DNA of 64,000 nt. Source: Marinicella sp. Its GTDB lineage: Bacteria; Pseudomonadota; Gammaproteobacteria; Xanthomonadales; Marinicellaceae. Numbering within the stretch: position 1 is the stretch's first letter; every line of letters starts with the position of its first letter. Made by a program: the position numbers and the translations under genes. Shown here one piece after another: positions 21,111 through 31,207 of this stretch. The stretch spans positions 288,001 to 352,000 of the forward strand of contig OZ246001.1 in the NCBI GenBank assembly GCA_965230295.1, read 5' to 3'. The notes under the pieces are model-generated. The model did no database searches, was not told the DNA's origin, and worked only from the letters and a program-made list of their open reading frames with translations.

Positions 21111-21836
21111 ATGACCCAACTGACATTTGTGGCTGGCGGCTCTAAAGGACTGGGCGCTGAATTGGTCAATAAATTCACCCTTCACAATCACCAAGTCTTT
21201 GAGTTTTCAAGATCTGGCCAAGGTGATCACCACATAGCTTGTGATTTCAGTGACAGTCAATCCAGCACCGATGTGATCAAAGCTGCATTCGCAAAACAAG
21301 CCAATCAAGACTTGAGCAGCATCAACCTGATCATCAACACCGCCATCATTGCGCCCTTTGGACCCATTGCCAAGGCTGACCACCTCAGTATCAGAAAGCA
21401 TTTAATGATCAATGTAGAAAGCACTTTGCTCTTACTCAGTGAGTTTTTGGCAGCCTTTCAAGACCATGCTGTTGATAAATCCATCACTTACATATCATCC
21501 GGTGCGGCTCGGCGAGCCATCCCAGGCATGGCGATTTATTCAGCCAGTAAAGCCTTTTTCGATCGATATATGGACACCTTGGCTGAAGAACAAACTAATG
21601 AACCCCACCCTTTTCAATGCATGACCATCAATCCAGGTGTGATGAACACAGGCATGCAAGTCGAAATACGCGCTCAGGATGCCGCTGATTTCCCCATGGT
21701 GGACATGTGGCATGAATTCCATGAGAAAGGCCAACTGGCAGACCCTAAAGACATCGCTGAAGTCTGTTACCGTTTGATCTCTGAAGAAGGTGAAAATGGC
21801 GGTTATTACACGGCGCAGGGATACCTGCCGTATTGA
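21111..21836 (+). CDS. short-chain dehydrogenase/reductase (benzil reductase/sepiapterin reductase-like)
   Basis: GGSKGLG, ISSGAA, YSASK and PGVMNTGMQ..IR. Confidence 0.88.
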   Translation: MTQLTFVAGGSKGLGAELVNKFTLHNHQVFEFSRSGQGDHHIACDFSDSQSSTDVIKAAFAKQANQDLSSINLIINTAIIAPFGPIAKADHLSIRKHLMINVESTLLLLSEFLAAFQDHAVDKSITYISSGAARRAIPGMAIYSASKAFFDRYMDTLAEEQTNEPHPFQCMTINPGVMNTGMQVEIRAQDAADFPMVDMWHEFHEKGQLADPKDIAEVCYRLISEEGENGGYYTAQGYLPY

Positions 21837-21849
21837 TATCTCTATGATT

Positions 21850-21992
21850 CGTCATCCTCGGGCTCGACCCGGGGATCCATTGTTACAATGTTGTATCAGC
21901 AGCTGGGTAAATTTATTATGACAATATAGGTTGGATGACACTGCGTGCGTTTGCTGCGCAAACTGGATCCCGGATCGGGGTCCGGGATGACG
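21850..21992. repeat. inverted REP doublet (CGTC-class REP/REPIN-like)
   Basis: CGTCATCCTCGGGCTCGACCCGGGGATCCA (21850-21879) and TGGATCCCGGATCGGGGTCCGGGATGACG (21964-21992): each is a hairpin and the two are mutually inverted. Confidence 0.75.
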
Positions 21993-22014
21993 GCATCATT
22001 GGCCTTCAATAGAC

Positions 22015-22788
22015 TCAACCCATCAAAACCGCATTCAGGTCGTAAAAACCAACGGGTTTTCCTGCCAGCCATTTGGCGGCATCCAAGGCGCCTTGGGCGA
22101 AGATGGTGGGGTCGTGGGCTTCGTGCTTGAAAGTGAATGTTTCATCGTCTAATTTAACAGAAACCTCGTGTGTTCCTGGCACCTCACCTTCACGCAAAGC
22201 ATGGATATCAACTGCACCCAATTTGAACGACTGGTCTGCTGTCTTGATCATGTTACTTTTTGGATCAATGGCTTGCGCCAAAGATATGGCGGTCCCTGAT
22301 GGCATGTCTTTTTTATGGACGTGGTGTGTTTCAGTGATGCTGAATTGGCCATTGGGATTGGTGTGCTTGACCATTTGTAGCAAATTTTTCAGAATTTGGA
22401 TGTTCAAGGAAAAATTCGAAGTCCACATCACAGGAATGTATTTGGCCGCCTGACTGATGCGGTCAAAACTCTCTTGATTCAGACCGGTTGTGCCACTGAC
22501 CAATGCAGTCTGGCCCAAAACACAGTAATCCACCAGTTCGTCAAACCCTTCAGGCTGGGCAAAATCAATCACCACATCTGCTTTCACCTCTGCCAATGTA
22601 TCAACGGCTTGAATTCCAGTGGCATTGGTTTGAATCAAATCGCCCAAGTCACGACCCAAATACTGACTACCAGGAGACACCAACCCGGCCACCAATTTAA
22701 AGTTTGTGTCATTAAGAATCAGTTTGAACAAACGGCGACCAATGCGGCCAGACACGCCGGAGATGATGACTTTGATGGGTTGATTCAT
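22015..22788 (-). CDS. dapB: 4-hydroxy-tetrahydrodipicolinate reductase
   Basis: GVSGRIG, VIDF, GTTG, ETHHVHKKDMPSGTA; follows dnaJ. Confidence 0.95.
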   Translation of the reverse strand: MNQPIKVIISGVSGRIGRRLFKLILNDTNFKLVAGLVSPGSQYLGRDLGDLIQTNATGIQAVDTLAEVKADVVIDFAQPEGFDELVDYCVLGQTALVSGTTGLNQESFDRISQAAKYIPVMWTSNFSLNIQILKNLLQMVKHTNPNGQFSITETHHVHKKDMPSGTAISLAQAIDPKSNMIKTADQSFKLGAVDIHALREGEVPGTHEVSVKLDDETFTFKHEAHDPTIFAQGALDAAKWLAGKPVGFYDLNAVLMG

Positions 22789-22891
22789 ATAATTCTTCCT
22801 ATGACGACTTTCAGAAATTGTTCGTTACAATGTTTTATGACCCTATCAATTTGGTCAACCAGCCTGTTGTAGATAATGATCATTAAGTATA

Positions 22892-23025
22892 CGTCAATCT
22901 ATGGCTTCCTTAAAGGACCTACTTTTGGTGACCACAGAACCCTGGATCGAAATCAAGAAATCTATGACTGGCCTTGTTTTATGATTTTTTCTGTCTGGAT
23001 CTTGCGGTCAAGCCGCAGAATGACA
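22892..23025. repeat. second, more degenerate REP doublet
   Basis: TGGATCTTGCGGTCAAGCCGCAGAATGACA (22996-23025), plus a degenerate inverted partner CGTCAATCTATGGCTT[22 nt]GACCACAGAACCC starting at 22892. Confidence 0.55.
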
Positions 23026-23055
23026 TGTTCCAAAGCTATTCTGGTTGTTTTGAGT

Positions 23056-24204
23056 TTAACCAGTCATTTTATCCAAGAAAGATTTCACATTATCAAACCA
23101 GCCTTTGCGTCTGGGGTTGTTTTTGTCTCCCGCTTCCTTGATGGTTTTTTCCAATTGTTGCAACAGCTCTTTTTGTTCTGAGGATAAATTAACCGGTGTT
23201 TCAACATTGACTTTACAATACAAATCACCGGTGCTGTGCGATCGCACTGACTTCACCCCTTTACCACGCAGACGAAACTGTTTACCGGATTGGGTCTCAG
23301 CGGGTACCTTCAGTTTCACTTCACCAGACAAAGTTGGGACATTAATCTCCCCACCCAAACAAGCGGTGGTGAAATCAATCGGCATTTCACAGTACAGTGA
23401 ATCGCCGTCACGGTTGAAAATCTTATGCGGCAGCACATGAATATCCACATACAAATCGCCAGCTGGGCCACCTTGTGGACCGGCCTCACCTTTGCCTGAC
23501 AATCTGATGCGGTCACCTTGGTCAACACCTGCAGGGATTTTCACATTCAGCTTGCGGTTTTCCTGACGACGGCCTTGGCCATTACATGAACCACACGGGT
23601 TGCTGATGACTTTGCCTTGTCCACGACAATCCGGACAGGCTTGCTGAACTGAGAACATGCCTTGTTGCATGCGAACCTGCCCAATACCGTTACAGGTTTG
23701 ACAGGTTTTGCTTTCACCATCCTTAGATCCTGTGCCCTTACAAGGGTCACAGCTGACCATGGTCGGAATGTTGATTTCTTTGTTGACACCGTTGATGGCT
23801 TCTTCCAACTCTACAGTCATTTCAATCTGCACATCCCTACCACGTTGGGGACCAGCAGACCGACCACCACCACGGCGACCACCACCAAATATGTCGCTGA
23901 ATATGTCACCAAAAATATCACCCACATCACCTTGAAAGCCACCACCGAAGCCGCCGGGGCCACCACCCGGACCTTGGCCACTGACGGCATCAAAGCCATA
24001 TTGGTCATAGGTTTGCCGTTTATTTTCATCTTTCAAGATTTCATAGGCCATCTGTGCTTCTTTAAACTTGTCCTGCGCAGAAGGGTCATCTGCATTCCTG
24101 TCAGGATGGTACTTCATCGCAGTGCGTTTAAAAGCTTTCTTGATTTCAGCTTTGGTGGCTGATTTCTGAATGCCCAGAATTTCGTATAAATCTTTTTGTG
24201 CCAT
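23056..24204 (-). CDS. dnaJ: chaperone DnaJ
   Basis: J-domain HPD, G/F-rich region and four CxxCxGxG repeats. Confidence 0.98.
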   Translation of the reverse strand: MAQKDLYEILGIQKSATKAEIKKAFKRTAMKYHPDRNADDPSAQDKFKEAQMAYEILKDENKRQTYDQYGFDAVSGQGPGGGPGGFGGGFQGDVGDIFGDIFSDIFGGGRRGGGRSAGPQRGRDVQIEMTVELEEAINGVNKEINIPTMVSCDPCKGTGSKDGESKTCQTCNGIGQVRMQQGMFSVQQACPDCRGQGKVISNPCGSCNGQGRRQENRKLNVKIPAGVDQGDRIRLSGKGEAGPQGGPAGDLYVDIHVLPHKIFNRDGDSLYCEMPIDFTTACLGGEINVPTLSGEVKLKVPAETQSGKQFRLRGKGVKSVRSHSTGDLYCKVNVETPVNLSSEQKELLQQLEKTIKEAGDKNNPRRKGWFDNVKSFLDKMTG

Positions 24205-24228
24205 GTTCGTTTTGGTCTTCTACTTGTT

Positions 24229-24261
24229 AAAAAACCGCCTCATACAACTGTATAAGGCGGT
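24229..24261 (-). terminator. terminator-like hairpin between dnaK and dnaJ
   Basis: ACCGCCT...AGGCGGT stem with a U-tail on the minus strand. Confidence 0.55.
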
Positions 24262-24322
24262 ATTCACATTCATGGTGTCGGTTGACAAGCAAAGCTTGCC
24301 AGAGAAACACCTCATTTTATTT

Positions 24323-24372
24323 ATTAAGATCACTGCGGTTTTTGCTACAGCAAAAGAAGCGGTGATCTTAAT
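24323..24372 (-). terminator. long inverted repeat immediately after the dnaK stop
   Basis: ATTAAGATCAC...TTTTGCT-AC-AGCAAAA...GTGATCTTAAT. Confidence 0.6.
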
Positions 24373-24376
24373 GCCT

Positions 24377-26302
24377 TCATTTCTTGTCGTCTTCGTTAAC
24401 TTCTTCAAACTCAGCATCAACGACATCATCACCTTGAGACGACGCATCGGCATCACCTGCAGGTTGTTCGGCTTGTTGTGCTTGCGCTGCCTGGGTGACT
24501 TTTTGCATCACTGGTTGCACCGCTGCTTGTAAAGCTTCACTGGCTGAATCGATGGCAGCTTTGTCATCACCTTTGGCGGCTGTTTCCAGTCCCTCAATGG
24601 CTTTTTCAATGGCTGCTTTCTCGCCTTCTTCAATGATCTCTTTGTGCTCATCCAACATTTGTTTGGTTGAGTGAGTCATCGCATCAGCTGAATTTCTGGC
24701 TTGAGACAATTCTTTGAATTCCTTGTCTTTATCAGCATTCAACTCAGCGTCTTTGATCATGTTTTCAATTTCTTCATCAGACAAACCTGAGCCCGCCTTG
24801 ATTTCAATGCGCTGCTCTTTACCGGTGGCTTTGTCTTTGGCTGACACATGGATGATGCCATTGGCATCAATATCAAAGGCCACTTCAATTTGTGGCATGC
24901 CACGAGGAGCGGCAGCAATGCCTTCTAAATTGAACTGTCCCAAAGATTTATTGGCATGGGCCACTTCACGTTCACCTTGTAACACATGTACAGTCACAGC
25001 AGATTGGTTGTCTTCGGCTGTCGAAAACACTTGTGATGCCTTGGTTGGAATCGTGGTGTTTTTCTCAATCAACTTGGTCATGACACCACCCATGGTCTCA
25101 ATACCCAGTGACAAAGGTGTGACATCTAACAACAACACATCTTTGACATCCCCGGATAACACGCCACCTTGAACCGCAGCACCCATGGCCACAGCTTCGT
25201 CGGGATTCACGTCTTTACGAGGTTTTTTACCGAAGGTTTGTTCTACGATGGTTTGTACTGCAGGCATGCGGGTTTGACCGCCAACCAAGATGACGTCAGC
25301 AATTTCACTCAATGAAATGCCTGCATCTTTGATCGCTGTTTCACAAGGAGCCACCGTTTTCTTCACCAAATCTTCAACCAACGACTCTAACTTCGAGCGG
25401 GTGATTTTCACATTCATGTGTTTAGGACCTGAAGCATCGGCCGTGATGTATGGCAAATTCACTTCCGTTTGGTCTAAGGTTGACAATTCGATTTTGGCTT
25501 TTTCAGCCGCTTCTTTCAAACGTTGTAAAGCCAATGGATCATTTTTCAGGTTGACACCTTGATCTTTTTCGAATTCTGCAACCAAATAATCCATCACGCG
25601 GTTATCAAAATCCTCACCACCTAAGAAGGTGTCACCATTGGTCGCCAACACTTCAAATTGTTGTTCGCCATCGATGTCAGCAATTTCAATGATTGAGATA
25701 TCAAAGGTACCGCCACCCAAGTCATAAACAGCGATGGTGCGATCACCACCTTTCTTGTCCATGCCATAAGCCAATGCGGCTGCTGTGGGTTCATTGATGA
25801 TGCGTTTCACTTCCAATCCAGCGATCTTACCGGCATCTTTGGTGGCTTGGCGTTGTGAATCATTGAAGTAAGCAGGCACGGTAATAACAGCTTGTGTGAC
25901 ATCCTGACCCAAATAATCTTCTGCCGTACTTTTCATTTTTTCCAAGATACGGGCTGAAATTTCTTGTGGCGCCATTTTCTTACCGCGCACTTCTACCCAA
26001 GCATCGCCGTTATCAGCACCGATGATTTTGTAGGGCACGATGTCTTGGTCTTTTTTAACCACATCTTCGTTGAATTTTCTGCCGATCAAACGTTTGATGG
26101 CAAATAATGTATTTTCCGGGTTTGTGACTGCTTGTCTTTTTGCAGCTTGACCCACAATGGTTTTACCTTCTTCTGTGAAAGCCACAATAGAAGGGGTTGT
26201 TCTATCACCTTCGGCGTTTTCGATGACTTTGATGTCATTGCCTTCCATGATAGCGACGCAGGAATTGGTGGTTCCTAAATCTATACCTATTACTTTTGAC
26301 AT
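24377..26302 (-). CDS. dnaK: chaperone DnaK
   Basis: [17 protein letters not shown] and [11 protein letters not shown]. Confidence 0.99.
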   Translation of the reverse strand: MSKVIGIDLGTTNSCVAIMEGNDIKVIENAEGDRTTPSIVAFTEEGKTIVGQAAKRQAVTNPENTLFAIKRLIGRKFNEDVVKKDQDIVPYKIIGADNGDAWVEVRGKKMAPQEISARILEKMKSTAEDYLGQDVTQAVITVPAYFNDSQRQATKDAGKIAGLEVKRIINEPTAAALAYGMDKKGGDRTIAVYDLGGGTFDISIIEIADIDGEQQFEVLATNGDTFLGGEDFDNRVMDYLVAEFEKDQGVNLKNDPLALQRLKEAAEKAKIELSTLDQTEVNLPYITADASGPKHMNVKITRSKLESLVEDLVKKTVAPCETAIKDAGISLSEIADVILVGGQTRMPAVQTIVEQTFGKKPRKDVNPDEAVAMGAAVQGGVLSGDVKDVLLLDVTPLSLGIETMGGVMTKLIEKNTTIPTKASQVFSTAEDNQSAVTVHVLQGEREVAHANKSLGQFNLEGIAAAPRGMPQIEVAFDIDANGIIHVSAKDKATGKEQRIEIKAGSGLSDEEIENMIKDAELNADKDKEFKELSQARNSADAMTHSTKQMLDEHKEIIEEGEKAAIEKAIEGLETAAKGDDKAAIDSASEALQAAVQPVMQKVTQAAQAQQAEQPAGDADASSQGDDVVDAEFEEVNEDDKK

Positions 26303-26370
26303 TTTTTAACCTCTAAAATATTTTGTTTCTTAACTGACCTCTATTTAAGGTCTGTTTCAATTTTTTCAAC

Positions 26371-26976
26371 TTACTGGGCAACCACAACCATGGCAGCTCG
26401 AACCACTCGGCCATTTAGCAGGTAGCCTTTTTGGAATACATTCACAATGGTGTTCTTTTCATGATCAGGAGAAGCAACCATACTCATGGCTTCATGAATT
26501 TCCGGATCAAACTTTTCACCCACGGGATCAACGATTTCAATGCCGTTGTCAGTCAAGACTTTGGCAAATATCTTTTGGGTATTTTGGGTGCCTTCAATCA
26601 TGGCTTCTGTGGTCACTTCACAGGCCTCATCATCGATCACTTCGAGTGCCTTATCGAAACTGTCCATCACCGGGACCATGGCCTTGATGATTTTGTCGTT
26701 GGCAAACTTGCGGGTGTTGTCCAAATCTCTTTGTAAACGTTTCTGCAAATTCATCCCTTCGGCAACCACACGCAACACTTCTTCATCCTTTTCTGCCAAC
26801 AGTGCTTTTTTCTCATCCAGCTCTGTTTGCAGTGATTCGATTTTGGCCTGCATTTGCTCTAAGGCTGACAGTTCATCATCATCCAATTCTGCAATCACCA
26901 CTTCATCTTCTGCGGCCATTTCTTCAGTATCTACGGCTTCGTTTTCATCCACTTGATTTACGTTTTCCTCAGTCAT
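26371..26976 (-). CDS. grpE: nucleotide exchange factor GrpE
   Basis: GEKFDPEIHEAM and QKGYLLNGRVVRAAMVVV. Confidence 0.96.
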   Translation of the reverse strand: MTEENVNQVDENEAVDTEEMAAEDEVVIAELDDDELSALEQMQAKIESLQTELDEKKALLAEKDEEVLRVVAEGMNLQKRLQRDLDNTRKFANDKIIKAMVPVMDSFDKALEVIDDEACEVTTEAMIEGTQNTQKIFAKVLTDNGIEIVDPVGEKFDPEIHEAMSMVASPDHEKNTIVNVFQKGYLLNGRVVRAAMVVVAQ

Positions 26977-27006
26977 AATTACCAGTACATATTAATAATG
27001 GCAGTG

Positions 27007-27034
27007 ATATGGTGTTTACAGATGACAATTCAAG
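27007..27034 (-). promoter_or_regulatory. sigma32 heat-shock promoter for grpE-dnaK-dnaJ
   Basis: Minus strand CTTGAA-N14-CACCATAT versus consensus CTTGAA-N13-14-CCCCATAT, 30 nt upstream of grpE. Confidence 0.7.
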
Positions 27035-27083
27035 GCAGTGTGGTTAAAATTAAGCTTCATTTTAGGATTTTTTTCACCACACC

Positions 27084-28745
27084 ATGTTGCAATCACTTTA
27101 CATCGAAAATTTTGTCCTTATCGATCATTTGGAAATTGATTTTCACCCTAAGATGTCAGTCTTTACAGGTGAAACAGGTGCTGGCAAATCCATCATCATT
27201 GGCGCCTTGTCCCTGGCCTTGGGCAACCGTGCTGACACCCAAGCCATTGGTCCATTTGCAGAGCAAACTGAAATCATTGCCGAATTCAACATTGCCAACA
27301 ACTTGCAGGCCATACAATGGTTAACTGATCAAGACTTAGCCAACCATGATGAACTGATCATCCGTCGCACCATCAACCAACAAGGCAGGAGCAAACAATG
27401 GGTCAATGGACGCCCCACGCCATCTGGCTTGGTCAAGGAACTCAGTCAACACCTGGTGCAAATCCATGGTCAACATGATCAAATAAAGTTGTTAAAGAAC
27501 CACAACCAATTGACCATTTTAGATCAAGCCGGTGAACACCCTTTGTTGCTGAAACAAACCCAGGAAGCGGTGAAAAAAATCCAACACATTGAGCATGAGA
27601 TCAACGCACTGACAGAAGCTGGTTCAATGAACCCAGAACAAGTGCAGTTGCTGCAATACCAATTTGAAGAGTTGCAACAACTGGAACTGAGTGAGGGCGA
27701 ATACGAGACACTTCATGAGTCATTGACCACTGCAGCCCACGCACAGGAGTTGATCCAAACCATTGATGAGTCGATCCAGGTCATTGCAGAAGCTGACCAA
27801 AGTGTAGAAAACCAACTGGGCCAGATCATCAACCAACTCAAACAAGCCAAAGGCCGGGATTTTTCCGAAATCTGTCAGATGCTGGATGAGTCACTGATCA
27901 ACATCAATGAAGCCCAGCAAGAATTGAAATCAATGGCAGAAGGCATTGACAATGATCCATCACACTTGTCTGCGATTGAAACCCGCCTTGAACAGATCAG
28001 CCACATTGCCCGCAAGCAGCAAATCATGCCAGAGCTGTTGTACCAACATCATCAGGAATTGGGCAACACCCTGACCAAACATGCCGACTTATCCAGCAGC
28101 CAAAAACAGCTGGAGGAACAAAGGCTACAGGCTCTGAAGACATACCGACAACTGGCACAAAAACTGTCTGATCAAAGAAAACAATCCGCTAAAAAGTTAG
28201 CTAAAACCATCACCAGAACGATTCAGGATTTGGGCTTACCTGAAGCTGATTTCAGCATCCAAGTATCCCATGATGCTGATGCCAAACCCAAAACACTGGG
28301 CAATGACCACATTGAATTCATGATTGCTGCCAACAAAGGGCAAAAATTCCAACCTTTGAATAAAACCGCTTCAGGTGGTGAACTGTCCAGAATTTCCTTG
28401 GCCATCGAAGTCAGTACCCAGCAAAAGAACCAAAACCAGGCGTTTGTGTTCGATGAAGTAGATACCGGTATCGGTGGCGCCACTGCAGAAAAAGTGGGCC
28501 ACATCATGCAACAACTCAGCCATCACAACCAAGTTTTTGCCGTGACTCATTTACCTCAAGTGGCCGGCCATGCCCATGATCACATGTTGGTCAGTAAATC
28601 CACCCATGGCAAATACACCACCTCTGCCATTGCACATTTAAGTGAAACTCAACGCATTGAGGAACTGGCGCGCATGTCGGGTGGTCAAAACATCACCGAA
28701 GCCACTTTGGCACAGGCCCGGGAATTCCTCAAAACTGGTTCCTGA
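27084..28745 (+). CDS. recN: DNA repair protein RecN
   Basis: TGETGAGKS, IHGQH, ASGGELSR, FDEVDTG and VTHLPQVA. Confidence 0.97.
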   Translation: MLQSLYIENFVLIDHLEIDFHPKMSVFTGETGAGKSIIIGALSLALGNRADTQAIGPFAEQTEIIAEFNIANNLQAIQWLTDQDLANHDELIIRRTINQQGRSKQWVNGRPTPSGLVKELSQHLVQIHGQHDQIKLLKNHNQLTILDQAGEHPLLLKQTQEAVKKIQHIEHEINALTEAGSMNPEQVQLLQYQFEELQQLELSEGEYETLHESLTTAAHAQELIQTIDESIQVIAEADQSVENQLGQIINQLKQAKGRDFSEICQMLDESLININEAQQELKSMAEGIDNDPSHLSAIETRLEQISHIARKQQIMPELLYQHHQELGNTLTKHADLSSSQKQLEEQRLQALKTYRQLAQKLSDQRKQSAKKLAKTITRTIQDLGLPEADFSIQVSHDADAKPKTLGNDHIEFMIAANKGQKFQPLNKTASGGELSRISLAIEVSTQQKNQNQAFVFDEVDTGIGGATAEKVGHIMQQLSHHNQVFAVTHLPQVAGHAHDHMLVSKSTHGKYTTSAIAHLSETQRIEELARMSGGQNITEATLAQAREFLKTGS

Positions 28746-28784
28746 GGTTCTGTTAAGATAGGGCCAACTTGAATCAAGGCTAGT

Positions 28785-29939
28785 ATGATGAAAATTCTTT
28801 TTGGGATACTGACATTGTTGTCACACCAGGTTTTGGCCACGAACCAACAAGCCAACGCAGAAAACATGCCTGGCAAAATGTCAACAGAGCAAATGGCTGC
28901 AGCTGAAGCGGAATACGCGCTGTGGTTCAATCAACTCAATTCTTATTTGCTGTCTTCGTCTGACCCATATGAAATGTCTTTGGGTTTGGCTGCCATTTTG
29001 AATGGCACGTTGAATGACTTGAGTCAACAGCCTGAAAATCAACAATTGAAGGACAATTTAAACAGTCACATCAAAATCCTGAATGGCATCATTCAACAAG
29101 ACAAATTATCTGCCACAACCCTGGAACTGTTACTGAATTGGTGTTTTAAAAAAGAAATTGCCAATCAATGCCACCAGGATGCCTTGCTGGATAAACAACT
29201 GCAATTGTCACCTGAAAACCTAAGCGTCTATCTAAAACCCTTGGCTTTGGCATTGGCCCGAAAGGATCAAGTTTTGACCGATAAAATCATTGCCTTGATG
29301 AGTGAAACCACATACAACCAAACCACTCAATACATTGCTGAATCATTCAGTAAAAAAATAGATGAATACATCAACAACAACCCCATCCCAGAAAGCGCAA
29401 TCACTGCATTCAAAGATGACAAGGCCTTGTTAGATGGCGTTGCCGAGGACATCAAAGCCAACCTGGATCAACGCATTCAGGATTACTTCCCTGCTTCCAT
29501 TAAAATGTCCTATGTATATTTGTTCAACTCAGCAGACAGCAAACCCCTTTATGAACTGTGTAAGAACAGGTCTGACTTATTTAAAAAATGTGTCAACATA
29601 ACCCAGATTTTAATCAACGACAGCAACTCCATACAATTCAAAGGATTGGGTTATGCCATGTTAATGGCCATTCATGAGAGTATGGGAGAAGTCAATTTAT
29701 TAAGAGAAGTTCAGCGCAAACAGGAAAAATACAAAACCACCATCCAATGCCTGACCAAAGCCACCCAATCGAATCATTTTATGGATAATTTTTTGGATCC
29801 CAAATACCAGGAAATCAATTTATTACCCATCAAAGAAATCAATAAACTGGAATTATTGGCTTCCTATGTTTATCAAAAAAACAAGGGCACCGATCCCAAG
29901 TTGCGTGACCCCAAGACTTGTCACATTTCAAATCCATGA
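28785..29939 (+). CDS. hypothetical secreted, largely helical protein
   Basis: Sec-type signal (KILFGILTLLSHQVLA), 384-aa ORF with paired Cys; no family recognised. Confidence 0.65.
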   Translation: MMKILFGILTLLSHQVLATNQQANAENMPGKMSTEQMAAAEAEYALWFNQLNSYLLSSSDPYEMSLGLAAILNGTLNDLSQQPENQQLKDNLNSHIKILNGIIQQDKLSATTLELLLNWCFKKEIANQCHQDALLDKQLQLSPENLSVYLKPLALALARKDQVLTDKIIALMSETTYNQTTQYIAESFSKKIDEYINNNPIPESAITAFKDDKALLDGVAEDIKANLDQRIQDYFPASIKMSYVYLFNSADSKPLYELCKNRSDLFKKCVNITQILINDSNSIQFKGLGYAMLMAIHESMGEVNLLREVQRKQEKYKTTIQCLTKATQSNHFMDNFLDPKYQEINLLPIKEINKLELLASYVYQKNKGTDPKLRDPKTCHISNP

Positions 29940-30886
29940 ACAAAAATTATTTCGTTCAATGGGGCGGTGTTGTTGGGGTTATCCGCAAAGGCAACCCATT
30001 CGCCATTGCCGCTGTTACCAGCCATCAAAGCACCTGTTGGAGAATTGGCATTCGAGCTGTCCAGGACTTTTGGCCCCTGCCCTTCTTCAAAACGGTAGTT
30101 ACCAACCAACCCAAAGGCTGAGTTATTGATGACCAAGAATCGATCGCGATGGATATCACTGATCGTTCGAGCCACATTCCAAACCCTCAACTCATCTAAA
30201 TAGCCATTGAATGACGGGTATGCCGACCCTGCATCATGTTTTTCTGCCGCCACCACCAAAAACCAGCCATAAGGCGTGAGCTGACCGGTGTTGCAATTTC
30301 CTGTTACGGGCACCCCGTCATCAGGGTATGACAAATCAGCTTGGTTGACACCCAAAGAACTGGCATAATCCAACGACCCATCAACAACGATGCTCAACTG
30401 ACCTGCTTGTGCATCTCGCACCAATGCGATGTGGTGCCATTGGTCATCCAACACATCTGCATTGCCTTCAATGGTCCAGGAAGAACTGCCACCGGCATCA
30501 CCTTCCCCAACACCGAAGCGAATCTTGCCGCCCATCACACTGACCCCGAAATTGCGTTCAGTACCGCACCACACATCACGATCCAGAATGATGTTGCCTT
30601 CAATCCAGTTGTAATCATTGAAATCGATGCCTCCGCCTGCATTTTGGGTGGGGTTATCACTCAGTTGGCCCCGCATCCAGAACTCAAAGGTGAAATCACC
30701 ACCCACATCCAGCAAACTTGAGTTAGCCCCAGCCACGTTGTCATCCACAGGAATCAAAATGCGGTCTTGCTGACCAGGCGGACCGACACCTGTACCAAAA
30801 AAACGCAGGGCATGGTTGGATTGTGATATGGACGCTTTGGTCATCAATAATAGCAAAGCACCTAATATAATCGACTTTATATTCAT
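29921..30886 (-). CDS. secreted LamG/concanavalin-like jellyroll protein
   Basis: Signal MNIKSIILGALLLL; DFTFEFW, DDQWHHIALVRD, FNGYLDELRVWNVAR and LVGNYRFEEG; ends IIFVHGFEM. Confidence 0.8.
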   Translation of the reverse strand: MNIKSIILGALLLLMTKASISQSNHALRFFGTGVGPPGQQDRILIPVDDNVAGANSSLLDVGGDFTFEFWMRGQLSDNPTQNAGGGIDFNDYNWIEGNIILDRDVWCGTERNFGVSVMGGKIRFGVGEGDAGGSSSWTIEGNADVLDDQWHHIALVRDAQAGQLSIVVDGSLDYASSLGVNQADLSYPDDGVPVTGNCNTGQLTPYGWFLVVAAEKHDAGSAYPSFNGYLDELRVWNVARTISDIHRDRFLVINNSAFGLVGNYRFEEGQGPKVLDSSNANSPTGALMAGNSGNGEWVAFADNPNNTAPLNEIIFVHGFEM

Positions 30887-31207
30887 CACCATCGGTATAA
30901 TTAACATGTAACCATTGGAAAATATTGACACATAAATAGTTAAAATCCCACCACAACACTTAAAACTTGCAACGTGAGTCACATATAAGGCATGTTCTTG
31001 GGCCTTTACAGCCATGGTTTCATGCAATTGTCAGCATTTAACACTTCCAAGTAGGTCCATTCGCTATTGTGAATGGACTGAAGCAGCCGAAGGATTCTCG
31101 ACAAAAGTGAAATCATTCTAAAAATCACTGAAATGATGTACCCAGTTCAATTTTTATGATGTGGTGGTGTGGTAGCATAGACACGGTTTTTAAGTATGGA
31201 ACGATTA

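Noticed and set aside
22876-23181. 101-aa ORF between dapB and dnaJ
   Set aside because: It spans REP repeats and overlaps dnaJ antisense; no protein features.
26343-26370. Second sigma32 promoter directly upstream of dnaK (GTTGAA-N14-CCTTAAAT)
   Set aside because: The -10 match is weak; not supportable from sequence alone.
26977-27083. LexA box upstream of recN, or hrcA/CIRCE at grpE
   Set aside because: No CTG-N10-CAG or CIRCE repeat found; the recN/grpE-dnaK-dnaJ-dapB order without hrcA is the ordinary Pseudomonas-like arrangement.
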